From positions 186,001-250,000 of the forward strand of contig NIVC01000225.1 in the NCBI GenBank assembly GCA_002269645.1: a stretch of DNA of 64,000 bases, written 5' to 3'. The first letter of the stretch is position 1; every line of letters starts with the position of its first letter. Shown here piece by piece: positions 11,849 through 24,239 of the stretch. The notes under the pieces were generated by a model that was given only the letters and a program-made list of their open reading frames with translations, had not been told where the DNA came from and searched no databases. Made by a program: the position numbers and the translations under genes. The DNA is from Macrostomum lignano. Taxonomy: Eukaryota.

Positions 11849-14800
11849 ATGCGACTCCTTGGACGGCACCGCAGCCTCTGCTGGCTTCTGACTGTCGCGG
11901 CAGGTGAGCGCCGATGGGGAAGGAAATCCCCAGGGAGAATAGCCCCCGCCCTCCATCCCCGATCGCTTGCCGATCGATGCCGCAAACTTCACTATGGGAT
12001 TTGGAATTTTGGGATGCTGGATTCCCCTGCCACTTGAAGCAAGAAATTAATACTTTCACCTGGAGCCGGGAAAGTGCAGGACCAGCTGAATGGGAAATGG
12101 GAGGCAGCGGCTGTCAGCTCCTCTCCGGGCTGCGAGCGGGTCAGGCAAATTTTAAGTGGCCAGATAGCAAAATTGAATTGAATTCCTGTGCGTGCCCCGG
12201 CCAGGCAGTAGATGAGTGCTGAATTGGTTTGATCCACAAAGCCTGCGATTTTTAATCAATGCAGGCGGCCCCCTCATCTGATGAACTGCCAGCAGCCAGC
12301 GAGGGGCTGTGCGAGTCCTTTGCTAGCAATTTGTTTGCATTGTGCCTGCAATTTTTGCCCCGCAGTAAATTTTTACTCCATCCTCATTATTCTCCCGGTC
12401 CATGCAATTATCTGCGTAATCTGCTGCGCTTGCTCTTGCTGCTTTATGTGTTTGCAGCGCTGAGAGTCCTCTTTGTGCGAGACAGTGAGCCCAGATGCCC
12501 CCCCAGTGAGCCCAGATGCCCCCCCAGTGAGCCCAGATGCCCCCCCCAGTGAGGGCTGCAAATGCCCCCCCCCAGTGAGGGCTGCAGATGCCCCCCCCCA
12601 GTGAGGGCTGCAAATGCCCCCCCAGTGAGGGCTGCAGATGCCCCCCCCCAGTGAGGGCTGCAAATGCCCCCCCCCAGTGAGGGTTGCAGATGCCCCAGTG
12701 AGGGCTGCAGATGCCCCCCCCCTCAGTGAGGGCTGCAGATGCCCCTCCCCAGTGAGGGCTGCAGATACCCTCCCCAGTGAGGGCTGCAAATGCCCCCCAG
12801 TGAGGGCTGCAGATGCCCCCCCCCCAGTGAGGGCTGCAGATGCCCCAGTGAGGGCTGCAGATGCCCCCCCCCCAGTGAGGGCTGCAGATGCCCCAGTGAG
12901 GGCTGCAGATGCCCCCCCCCAGTGAGGGCTGCAAATGCCCCCCAGTGAGGGCTGCAGATGCCCCAGTTAGGGCTGCAGATGCCCCCCCCTCAGTGAGGGC
13001 TGCAGATGCCCCCCCCAGTGAGGGCTGCAAATGCCCCCCAGTGAGGGCTGCAGATGCCCCAGTGAGGGCTGCAGATGCCCCCCCCCTCAGTGAGGGCTGC
13101 AGATGCCCCCCCCCAGTGAGGGCTGCAAATGCCCCCCCCAGTGAGGGCTGCAGATGCCCCAGTGAGGGCTGCAGATTCCCCCCCCTCAGTGAGGGCTGCA
13201 GATGCCCCAGTGAGGGCTGCAGATGCCCCCCCCCCCAGTGAGGGCTGCAAATGCCCCCCCAGTGAGGGCTGCAGATGCCCCAGTGAGGGCTGCAGATGCC
13301 CCCCCCCCTCAGTGAGGGCTGCAGATGCCCCCCCAGTGAGGGCTGCAAATGCCCCCCCAGTGAGGGCTGCAGATGCCCCAGTGAGGGCTGCAGATTCCCC
13401 CCCCCCTCGGGGGCGGGGGCCGCCGGAGTAACGATCTGATATGGAGAATTGTATTTCAGGTTTGTCAGTTTTATGGTTCAGTCTGGACGGGGACGCCACT
13501 TACTGATCCATGATCTGCATGGCTGGGCAGTCTGGCCCATGTCTGCTTAAAGAGAAAAAACTTTCTGATATTTGTTCGACCCTGCTCAAGTGTTTCGTTT
13601 TGAGTTCGGCAGAAGCAATACAACACAGAGAATTCTTTGCAGGGAATGAAGGAAAGACGGCTGGCTCGTCTCATCCCTGAGCCCTGCAAGTTAGAGCTGG
13701 AAATGCAGAGCAGGGCGGCTGTCCCCCACCCCCGCCAGACCAAGGTTTGCCAAATTAAACTGAGGGGGTGCCAGGCCGCATGCCCGAAATGTTAATCAGC
13801 TCTCTCGGACCGGGCAAAGGGGACTCACAAGTTGGTAAGTGAGAAAGCACAGGCCAGGAGGGCAGGAAGGCACTGGAAGAGGCTCGGAGGCAGGACAGAT
13901 GGCACTGGATAATGAGGAAACTGGGCCAGCAGACTGCGACGGGACAGATGCAAGCGCGTGATAACAATAGCTGCTGTGGCCGCAGAGTGATGAATCGGGG
14001 TGTGCAAAGGCGGGGTAGCAGTTACAGGAGTCACCTGGCTAATAGTGCAAGTTGGATCATCAGCAATTCAGACGATGGTTGAGTGCACTCAGCGCCTTGT
14101 ATGATGTGACTGCAGAGGCCTATTGTGCAACACATCGGCAGCAGCTCCCTATGACTTTGGCTAGGAAAACAGTCAGAAATGGCTTAATGGATTCTGGGGA
14201 TGGAGTTGAAAGCAAAGCAACGCAGAGAAAGTGGAGAACTGAGAGAGATTCTGCGAGGGCCGCGCGGGACTTGAGAACTCGTTGGATTTTGGGATTCTGG
14301 GTGGCAAATAGGGTGATACATTCTTGTTGAACGGGAGATAAGAAGAGATTAGTGTCAGAGTACGCGAGAGTTCAGTATGGATTAATAGGGACGCTGAGGT
14401 ATCGGCTGCTGTTGCACCTGGATCATCTGTACTACTGAGGAGACTGCTCTCAGTGCAGAATCCGAGGCAGGTAAAAAACACTTCCTAAAGCCAGAAATCT
14501 CCCATCAACCTGCCGTTCTCTGCTTCTGGCCCGCACGGCAAAAAAGTTAATTTTGCGGAATGGAAGCCCCCGGCAGGAAGACGGCGGTGGGCGGTGCTCG
14601 GCTTCCCTCCAGTCTTTCGGGCGGAAACCGCGCCGGCCCCGCCAGACTGCCGCTGAGGTCGGGGGCTTCAGACTCATTAGGCTTATTGCTGCCGAGGAGA
14701 ATTGGTCAGATATGAAATATGCTCCAATGTGGAAGGGGAGTTCCGAATCAGACAGATTCCATTGACTGAATTCCATCGTTGAAAAATTATCCCCATCCGA

Positions 14801-17800
14801 ACTTCATTTCTCCCAGTTTTGCCCTGCATTTCGGCGGCGGAGACGGCGACAACAGTGACTGTGGAGGCCGGCGACTTCGCCCTGCTGCCCTGCCTGGTCA
14901 GCGGCCTCAGCAAAGTTGAGGTGAGTTCGCTCAGGAGTTTCATCCAGGCTGGGGTCACTTCCCCAGGTGCGACAGCTGAGGGGATTCAGTCAGGCTGGGG
15001 TCACTTCCCCAAGTGTGTCAGCTGAGGGGATTCACTCAGGCTGGGGTCACTTCCCCAAGTGTGTCAGCTGAGGGGATTCACTCAGGCTGGGGTCACTTCC
15101 CCAAGTGTGTCAGCTGAGGGGATTCACTCAGGCTGGGGTCACTTCCCCAAGTGTGTCAGCTGAGGGGATTCAGTCAGGCTGGGGTCGCTTCCCCAGGTGC
15201 GACAGCTGAGGGGATTCACTCAGGCTGGGGTCACTTCACCAGGTGTGACAGCTGAGGGGATTCACTCAGGCTGAGGTCACTTCACCAGGTGTGACAGCTG
15301 AGGGGATTCAGTCAGGCTGGGGTCACTTCACCAGGTGTGACAGCTGAGGGGATTCACTCAGGCTGGGGTCACTTCACCAGGTGCTGCGACAGCTGAGGGG
15401 ATTCACTCAGACTGGTGTGAGTTTTCCAGAAGGAATTCCATCAGCGCCTGCTTACCAATTAGATTGATTGCCATTGCTCTGAGGCCGTGGGTTGTGCATT
15501 CCGCATATCGGTGCCCCTGACCCCCTAACTTCTGACTTGCGCTCTACAGAGCGGAGCTGCATTCGCATTCACAGCATCGCGTGCCTGAGGCCAGGGGAAG
15601 AATCACTAAAAGCTGACTATGAAAATGTTTGTCAGAAAAAAGATGAAGACAAGAGGTCCGCCATGCGGGTGGAGGGTGCGGGGAGCGATATGGCCAAGCA
15701 TGAGGAGCTCCGTGGAATGCTGAGCAGAGGGAGCCGCGCGGAACCTGCGTGACTGGCAGAAGTCCTGAGCAGTTTTTGTTTCCAAGAAAAGCCAGCAAGG
15801 GATTTCTGCGCCGGAGAGCTTGGCATGCAGGTTTTTTGTCAGCAGAGCTGTCCAGCTGGAATACCAAATTCTCGGGCAGAATTCCCACCGGCTGGGAGAA
15901 CAGCGCTTCATCTGCGGTTGAGAAATTCCCTTGGGCGAGGCAGTTGGAGTGTCGAGTCGCTGGGTGCCGGCCACAGATGCGGAAGCCGCTTTGACTTTCA
16001 AAAATCACTGAGGCGGTTGCTTGTCGCGGCAAGCATAGAGGGCATTGAGGCACTGAGGCACTGAGGGCACTGAGGGCACTGAGGGCACTAAGGACACTGA
16101 GGACACTGAGGGCACTGAGGACACTGAGGGCACTAAGGACACTGAGACACTGAGGGCACTGAGGGCACTGAGGGCACTAAGGACACTGAGACACTGAGGG
16201 CACTGAGGGCACTGAGCCCAAGCAGGGCGCGGCAATGCTCACAATGGCGCCAAGTGCATTAATCACGTGACAGATTTTATAAGAGTTCGTCTGACTGCTC
16301 ATCTTTGATATTCTCGCCTAATCTTTTTCTTCCTCACTTAAGAAAACATTTTTAGATAAAAGGTATTTCTCCTCAAATAATAAGCTCAAGATTCTCCTAC
16401 AGGGTAAAGCCAGAATTTTTTCTTTTCTTTGCCGAGAAGCCGAAAAGCACAAAGTCAAAGCTTATATTTTTTACAAATGCACGGCATTTTACATATGCAT
16501 TTTTTACATTTTTACATTTACAAGATTATCCCATACGCGCCAGTGTATTCAGTACAACCTTGTGCGCCAATCAGCACCGCGCCTCAGTGCAGCCTTGCCA
16601 AGCCTCCAAATTTCATCAGCACGTCGACCACATGTGTCTGCATCAGCTCTGACTTCGTTGGTCACTGCCGGAGCTTCTGGACCTTCAACAAGTGGCACCA
16701 GGTGACCATGAACACCCTGTTGCGAATTTCTCTAGTTTCGCTGATCAGGCCTCGACAGTGGGCAAACCTCAACTGCTGGACATCCTTAGCCAGTCCCTCA
16801 AGCGTTCCGTCTTCACCCCGACGCCGTCGGCATATGTGATTGACGTGCTGATGAAATTTGGAGGTTTGGCAAGGCTGCACTGAGGTGCAGTGCTGATTGG
16901 TGCACAGGGGTGCACTGAATACACTGGCGCTTATGGAAAAATCCGATCTTCTGGCAGAATCGTCAAATATCTCGACGGTCCGGTGGGCTGGCGACTTGGT
17001 TCTTGCTTGAGAAGGTGCGCAACAAAAAGTTAGCCGGCGCTTTTGAATTTTGTGTGCCTGCGTTACTCCATTCAGGCGCAGCAAAAAATGTCAGGGGCGG
17101 GTGATTCCCCTTGGTAGTTGGACGGGCGGAAGAACGGTTTGGCATTCCTACTGTTGATCTGAGATGATTATGAAATAATTCTATTGCCAGCAAAGCAACA
17201 GCGCAGCCGTGTCGCGACCTTCTCCATCCTTTCTTCAGTTCACCTGCACTTGTCTCCGCTGCTCCTCCGCTGTTCTCTCTTTATCGCTCGCTTCTGATTG
17301 GCTCATCAGTTTTCATCTCTACCCCAGTCTTATACGTACATTGAGTCCCGATAAATGTACGCATTAAAAATAAACTTTTAACTTGCGCCCACCCCACTGG
17401 TGAATACTATACATTGAATTTAATTTAATGATCTTTTATTCATTCAGTTTCTCTACAAAGAAAGTTCTGTCTCAAGTAGACATAACTCTACAAGCATTCA
17501 AAGTTTAAATCTCCGTAGCTTTGAGCCTTCAGAACTCTTCCAAGAAACGTAGAGCCCCGTCTGTCTTCTAGTGGCCCTTGAGGCACAAATTTGGAACGCA
17601 GCATACGGGTCTCCGGGATGAAGTCGTCGAGGGCCAGAGGCTTCCGCATTTTTCTCGGCCAGTAGAGCCGGCATTCGAGATCTGCTGGATACAGTTTCTG
17701 CTGGATGAGCTGGGTGGGGTCTCTGTAGGGAGATCGGAGCTGGCCGGGATAAAATATTTTGGCGGGCGCGCAGTTGTAGTGGAAATTTGAAACCCGACCC

Positions 17801-20800
17801 GGCCATGGGAAGCCGCCGGAGTCCCGGTTGGGGGCATTTAAGAATAAACTGCCCAGCGTCTGCTCAGCATCTGCTCAGCCTCCGGTCACCCTCGTCTCTA
17901 CGCGGACCGGTCGGATTTCGTGCCGCCGGAGCTTCTCTTTTGAGGAGGAGAAAAGTTGTGGACTCTCGGGCTGGCAAAATCCCACCTCCTCTTGAGCTCA
18001 CCGTGTGCTCACCACCATCTTCAGGCTTCCTTAATCTTGCACTCTTCAGCGCCTTACTGGCTCGTACCTTTTGTCTCGGCTAGTTAGAATCTTTACTTGT
18101 ATTATTAGCTTTCTGTACGGTTGAGCGAGTCGGACATGTGGCTGTGCCATGCTCTGTATCCTAACCCTAACCCTAACCCTAACCCTAGCCCTAACCCTAA
18201 CCCTAACCCTAACCCTAGCCCTAACCCTAGCCCTAACCCTAGCCCTAACCCTAGCCCTAACCCTAGCCCTAACCCTAGCCCTAACCCTAGCCCTAACCCT
18301 AGCCCTAACCCTAGCCCTAACCCTAGCCCTAGCCAAAGAAGCAGTGCAATGCAGATCCGAATGATAAACGCCAAGCGGAGTACCTTTTATGGAATATAGC
18401 ATCGCTTTGATTTGCTATCTAACGAGTAGAAGGACAGATATGCTAAGTAGCAATGCGTGCCGAGATTTCATATCCGAAGATTTTTGATATGATCAACCTT
18501 TGTATTTTGAGCCAAGAAATTCGTATCTCTCAGTTAGTCACGGCGGCAGTCTCCAGTGCACTGCTCCGGCATTGATAATATTGCAATAGTTATTAATCTG
18601 GGATCTGACAGAGATATCAAACAGACAGCTTGCTCAGGCCGCCACAGGCCGTGTATCTCCATGGCCGGAGCAGGGCTGATAGGAAACAGCTAATCAAGTT
18701 AATCAGAGGCATTGCCGGCATTGCGAATGTATGAATTGGATTGACAACAGGGCTGAGCGTCTTTGATTGATTGCCCGCCCGCTCTGCGCCAGGCCAGACG
18801 CCGGCCAGCCGAACCTGGTCAGGACATGTCACCGCATTCGCACCCGGCCCGGGGTCTGCGCCGCTTTTTCTGACTTATTGTGCGGCTTGATGGGGAAACA
18901 AAGGGCGCGGCCCCTGGCCTGAACGGGCGCATGCATGCACAGGCTGCACTCCTGACAATGCTCAAGTCTCAAGGATGACCCAAAAACATTTTTATAGGAA
19001 GACACGCTGGCCTGGTTCGGGCCGAACTCGCCGGACTTCCCGCTGACTGTTGGCGACCGAGCGTTCACGCCGGACTCGAGGTTCGGCGTCGAGGCCCGGC
19101 AGCTGGGCCATTTTCTGGAGTTCAGTCTGAGCATCAGCTTTGCCGCGGAGAGCGACTCGGGCAGCTACCGCTGCCAATTTGGCAGCCCGCCACGGAGACA
19201 GGAGGTCCTCCTGACTGTGCGGGGTGAGCGAGGGATCGATGGCCGTAAAGCTGCTTAAGATCTGGGGCGTTAGGTGGGTTCAGGAATGAGGGGTGGGGAC
19301 AGCCGGGGCGTGAGGTGGGTGCAGGAATGAGTGGTGGGGACAGCCGGGGCGTGAGGTGGGTGCAGGAATGAGGGATGGGGACAGCCAGGGCGTGAGGTGG
19401 GTGCAGGAATGAGGGGTGGGGACAGCCGGGGCGTGAGGTGGGTGCAGGAATGAGTGGTGGAGACAGCCGGGGCGTGAGGTGGGTGCAGGAATGAGGGTTG
19501 GGGACAGCCGGGGCGTGAAGTGGAACGAGAAATGATGCAGGCATCTCGGCATTGCTCGTGTGGCTATTTTTAAAAGTCCTTAGTTTTGGGAGGAAGACCG
19601 AAAGTGGAGATGCCCAACCTCAGCCCTCATTCCTGCAAGCAGCACACCCTTGACCACACCCAGGTTGCAGGAGGAAGTGAAACTTAGCAACAAATCGATG
19701 GCTAAGATTAGCAACAAGACCAATTAACAGAGTCGTAAGTTTTGAACTTAGTCATGCCCACTAAGGATGTCCATTTTTTAGATTAAGAATTTTGCTCAAA
19801 ACACGAAGTTTAGGGAAACATGAGACCGCAGCCGTTATTTGGCTATTTTTAGATACTTATTAAGGCTTTTGTTAGCTGGCATAATTGCTAGTTTCGCTGT
19901 GCAAAATTTCTGTTATGGAATAACAATGGCAGAAATCACTGATTGCCTCAGACGCAGAGCTGAGATCTGTGGAGTCAGGTGTAGGCGAAACGCCTAGGGT
20001 AGGGGGTGGCATTGAGCAGAGTCTTATGCCCCCGGCCCTGCCCGCTAATGATACACGGGTGGGATCGTCATTAGTATGGCGCGGCTGATGGAGCCGGGCA
20101 GCTGGGGGTGCGTGATTATTCGCAGTTTGAGCTGGCGGGGAGGCTGCACCGAGCTAAAAAGACAAACCGCTGGGAGCAGGATGCGAGCTACAGATGAAGT
20201 ACATTTGCTCGCCGAGCTGTTACGCGCGCATCCGGCCTTTACCTGCCCGCACCCCACGCCAAATGCTCGCATTTCAGGCGGTCCGACCGAGGTGGAACAC
20301 GACTCAGGAAGTGAGTAACAGCTGGCGGCTCTGTTTGCTCAGATGGGGCACGGGAGAGGAGAGCTCGGGGGCTTGGAGAGAAGTGCAGTCTCCCTCTGCT
20401 CTGTTGCTACTTTTTCTGGCCGTTTTCATCTATTAGAAGCAGAAGACAGAACAACAAAAGCGCTCCGGTTAAAGACCGACTGTGACCGAGTGACTGAAAT
20501 GCCTGCTGAGACTGGATTGGCCACTTCAGCGAAAGGGAGTTTGTCCAGAAAAGCAAGTCTGAGGGGAGATGCTCACGCAGTCTCGGGGGAGATGCTCACG
20601 CAGTCTCGGGGGAGATGCTCACGCAGTCTCGGGGGAGATGCTCACGCAGTCTCGGGGGAGATGCTCACGCAGTCTCGGGGGAGATGCTCACGCAGTCTCG
20701 GGGGAGATGCTCACGCAGTCTCGGGGGAGATGCTCACACACTCTTTGGGAGATGCTCACGCACTCTTTGGGAGATGCTCACGCAGTCTCATGGGAGATTT

Positions 20801-23800
20801 TTAATGGCTCTCAAGGAGATTTTTGTGGAGTCTTAGGGTAGATGCTCCGTAGTCTCATGAAGTCTTACGGGAGATCCTCACTAGATCTGGGGGGAGATTT
20901 TTGTGGAATCTCGAGAGGAAAGAGATTATCATGGGATAATCTCAGCGGGCTCAAGTCTCGGACGGATTCACGGTAGGACGAACTTCAAAGGGGAGATTCT
21001 CAGGTCAGTAGTCGCACACAGGAAAGCGCAGCCCAAATCACCTGTCAGTTTCGGTCAATGACAGGCCTGATTGGCTTTCTTTCAGCCTCCGAAACTCCAC
21101 TCGCCTCAGGTGATCGGAACAGCCCCTGACTTGGCAGATAAACATGCATTCTGGCACTCCATGGCTGCACCATCGCAATGTCTAATTTCCGGAATGCCCG
21201 GCCTCGCCCCTTCCCTCCCGCTCCCGTCACCGCCCTGGGAGAGCCGCTTTCGCACCTGCTGTCTGCCCAGTCCAACATTGTGATGAGTTGCCGGGCGGGG
21301 CCAGAATTCATCATTCTGCCACCCCCGCGCCCCCACTTAAAAAATCCCCTCAACGTTTTTTCGAAGGAAAACAACATTTTCTTAATTGCTCTTTCAATCT
21401 CTTAGGGAGATTAAGGAAAATGGTTGAACCACTTTTCGGACTTCGGTTTCTTAATTAAGAATGAGGGTGGGCCTTCCTGTCTATAGAATTCTGTGCAGTG
21501 GCCATCCTGACTGCGCCGCGTTTTAGTCACCGCTAATATGTAGGAAAACTCCCTGCGAGTTCCCACGGGGCGTTGCCAATGGGCGTTCCCTTCTCAATGG
21601 AGATTCCTAAGGGAAATTCCTAAGGTAGACTACAAAGGGGGTTCCAAAAGGGATTCCCAAAAGGATTCCCAAAGGAATTCCCGGGGAATATTGCAAAATA
21701 GGAGTTTAAATGGCGAATTCCCGAGGTTCTCAATGTGGTTTTCCCTAGGGGGATTTCCAAAGGGAGTTGCGACAGGGTTTTCCCTAGGGGGATACCCAAA
21801 GGGGAGTTGCCACAGGGTTTTCCCTAGAGGGATTTCCAAAGGGGAGTTGCCATAGGGTTTTTCCTAGGGGGATACCCAAAGGGGAGTTACCACAGGGTTT
21901 TCCCTAGGGGATTTCCAAAGGGGAGTTGCTACAGGGTTTTCCCTAAGGGGATTCCCAAAGGGGATTTACCAAGGGGGTTTCTAATGGCGGAGTTTCCAAG
22001 CGTTTACTAAGCCTTATTTCGTTAGCCATATTTAGAAAAACTTTGCGCCAGAAAACTCTCGAGCCCCTGGTACGCACAAGGGGGAGAACAGCTGCAAATT
22101 CCCGCTGCTGGGTTCGGCTCTACTGGCTAGCAACTATTTAGAGCTGATTATGAAAAGTGCTCAATTCGAAATGCAGACTGTTCAAATACTTTGGAAAGTC
22201 TCGAGTAGTCATGGGAAGTAAAAATTCGAGTTTATGCTTGCAGTTTTATGGTCACAGTGGGATCCGCCAGTCCGCATGTCTCGCAGTCATTAATAATTAA
22301 TTAGGGTGAGATCATCCTGCAGACGCTGATTTGGCCTTTTTTGCCTGCTCGATCCGTGTCCGAACTCTCTGAAAACCAAGATTTACAGTCAAGACAGCTC
22401 AGTTAGGAACACTGCAACACTGCAACACTGCAACACTGCAACACTGCAACACTGCAGCACTGCAACACTGCAACACTGCAGCACTGCAACACTGCAACAC
22501 TGCAACACTGCAACACTGCAACACTGCAGCACTGCAACACTGCAACACTGCAACACTGCAGCACTGCAACACTGAAGCACTGCAACACTGCAACACTGCA
22601 ACACTGCAACACTGCAACACTGCAGCACTGCAACACTGCAACACTGCAACACTGCAGCACTGCAACACTGAAGCACTGCAACACTGCAACACTGCAACAC
22701 TGCAACACTGCAACACTGCAACACTGCAACACTGCAACACTGAAGCACTGCAACACTGCAACACTGCAACACTGAAGCACTGCAACACTGCAACAATCCA
22801 ACACTGCAACACTGCAAAACTGCAACACTGAAGCACTGCAACACTGCAACAATCCAACACTGCAACACTGCAACACTGCAACACTGCAACACTGCAACAC
22901 TGCAACACCAGAACGCCACTCTCCCCGCCAGTCTCCACAGTCCTGCCCAGGCTGGTTCGCCTCGGCGACACGGCCAGCCTGCGCTGCAGCAGCCTCATGA
23001 GCCGCCAGGAGGAGATCGACCTCAACTGGCAGCGGGCTAGCGGGCTCTGGGCGGTTGGCGACGAAGCCGACCGGATCAGCCGGACCAAGCAGATCAGCTC
23101 CGAGGGTCGCCGCACCCGCCTGACTTCCTGGCTGAACATCCGGGACGCAAGGCTGAGCGACGCCGGCGAGTTTCGCTGCGTCCGCAGCCTGCGAGGCGTC
23201 GACGGAGTTGAGAGGCGGGACACCGCCACGGTGCTGCTGAAGGGTGAGTTGCCTGAGGGCTGAGGTGACTGCTGAGCTGCTGAAGGGTGAGTTGCCTGAC
23301 GGCTGAGGTGACTGCTGAGCTGCTGAAGGGTGAGTTGCCTGAGGGCTGAGGTGACTGCTGAGCTGCTGAAGGGTGAGTTGCCTGAGGGCTGAGGTGACTG
23401 CTGAGCTGCTGAAGGGTGGGTTGCCTGAGGGCTGAGGTGGGTGCTGAGCTGCTGAAGTGGGTTCTGAGCTGCTGAAGGGTGAGTTGCCTGACGGCTGAGG
23501 TGACTGCTGAGCTGCTGAAGGGTGAGTTGCCTGAGGGCTGAGGTGACTGCTGAGCTGCTGAAGGGTGAGTTGCCTGAGGGCTGAGGTGGGTGCTGAGCTG
23601 CTGAAGTGGGTTCTGAGCTGCTGAGGGGTAGGTGCTGAGCTGCTGAGGTGGTTGCTGAGCTGCTGAGATGTAGGTGCTGAGCTGCTGAGGTGGTTGCTGA
23701 GCTGCTGAAGAAGGGTGCTGAGGCTGTCAACCGGCCACGCTCGCCCGCAGTCCGGCTGAGCCGCAGCCAGTTCCTACAGCTTCGTCGGACAACGCGGGCG

Positions 23801-24212
23801 CCGATGCTGGCGGCCACCCGAGCGCCGCCGCCAGAGCCGGCCAGCTGGCAGGTCGGCGCTGACCGCCTGGCCGGCAGCAGCGGAGGCCGCGGCAGCGGCC
23901 ACGGCTCAGAATCGCCTGATTTCACGGACAGAGCTCAGAGCGATGGTGAGTCACAGTGTGAAGAATCTGGTAGATTTCCGAGCCCACCCAGAGCTCACTC
24001 ATTCACTCACTGGTCGTCTCATCCGCATCCCAGCCTCCGCAGGGCGAGCGGCAGTGGAGCGTTACGGACTGCATCAGGGGCTGGACGGCGAGTCTGGGCG
24101 GCAGCAGCATCGGGGGCGGCCCGCAAACTCGGCAGTCCGGCCCGGCGCGCTGGCTGCGGCGCCCGCTCTGGCTGCGGCGCTGGCTGTTTGGCGCCATCGA
24201 TCTGCCTGCTGA
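11849..24212 (+). CDS. Two-Ig-domain, predicted GPI-anchored cell-surface protein (Dpr/wirin-like), 356 aa; exons 11849-11903, 14817-14920, 18998-19223, 22932-23243, 23751-23945, 24034-24212
   Basis: All six exons join in phase via GT-AG. Signal peptide MRLLGRHRSLCWLLTVAAVLPCISA. Ig1: LLPC...LAWFGPNSPDFPLTVGDRAFTPDSRF...DSGSYRC (LTVGxxxFTxDxRF matches the Dpr D1 signature). Ig2: SLRC...LNW...DAGEFRC. C-terminal NSA...LAAAPALAAALAVW hydrophobic tail without a cytoplasmic domain. Confidence 0.85.
12485..13410. repeat. AGTGAGGGCTGCAGATG + variable poly-C minisatellite (Ig gene intron 1)
   Basis: Direct reading; unit length varies with the C-run. Confidence 0.9.
14940..15410. repeat. 46-bp minisatellite starting just after the donor of Ig gene exon 2
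   Basis: CAGGCTGGGGTCACTTCCCC...CAGCTGAGGGGATTCA period 14945 to 14991. Confidence 0.9.
16040..16215. repeat. 9-bp repeat CTGAGGGCA
   Basis: Direct reading. Confidence 0.85.
16525..17090. repeat. Inverted pair of a dispersed repeat (arms ~16525-16630 and ~16837-16942; right copy extends to ~17090)
   Basis: Left arm CCATACGCGCCAGTGTATTCAG...CCTCCAAATTTCATCAGCACGTC is the reverse complement of the right arm, with about a dozen mismatches in ~100 bp. Confidence 0.8.
17210..17457 (+). mobile_element. Diverged relative of the same LTR family
   Basis: Shares TGTCGCGAC start, AGTTCACCT(G/T)CACTTGTCTCCG, TTCTGATTGGCTC and TTTCTCTACA end with 33128-33442. No clear TSD; alternative end at 17492. Confidence 0.55.
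18160..18332 (-). repeat. Interstitial telomere-like array (TTAGGG alternating with CTAGGG)
   Basis: Plus strand CCCTAA and CCCTAG hexamers, about 29 units. Confidence 0.9.
19270..19525. repeat. 41-bp minisatellite (CAGGAATGAG...GGGACAGCCGGGGCGTGAGGTGGGTG)
   Basis: Period 19281 to 19322. Confidence 0.88.
20560..20790. repeat. 23-bp minisatellite GGGGGAGATGCTCACGCAGTCTC
   Basis: Direct reading. Confidence 0.9.
21620..21990. repeat. Degenerate repeat GGGTTTTCCCTAGGGGGATTTCCAAAGGGGAGTTGC
   Basis: Several diverged copies visible. Confidence 0.7.
22408..22906. repeat. 8-bp repeat (CTGCAACA)n immediately upstream of the Ig2 exon
   Basis: Direct reading. Confidence 0.92.
23235..23710. repeat. 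43-bp minisatellite containing copies of the exon-4 splice donor
   Basis: Unit contains GCTGCTGAAGGGTGAGTTGCC, identical to the real donor at 23244. Confidence 0.88.
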
Positions 24213-24239
24213 AATTTGACTCTGGGGGCCTGTAAGGCT

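Noticed and set aside
22389-23925. 508-aa and other Cys-rich minus-strand ORFs
   Set aside because: (CTGCAACA)n read-through plus the antisense of the real Ig2 exon.
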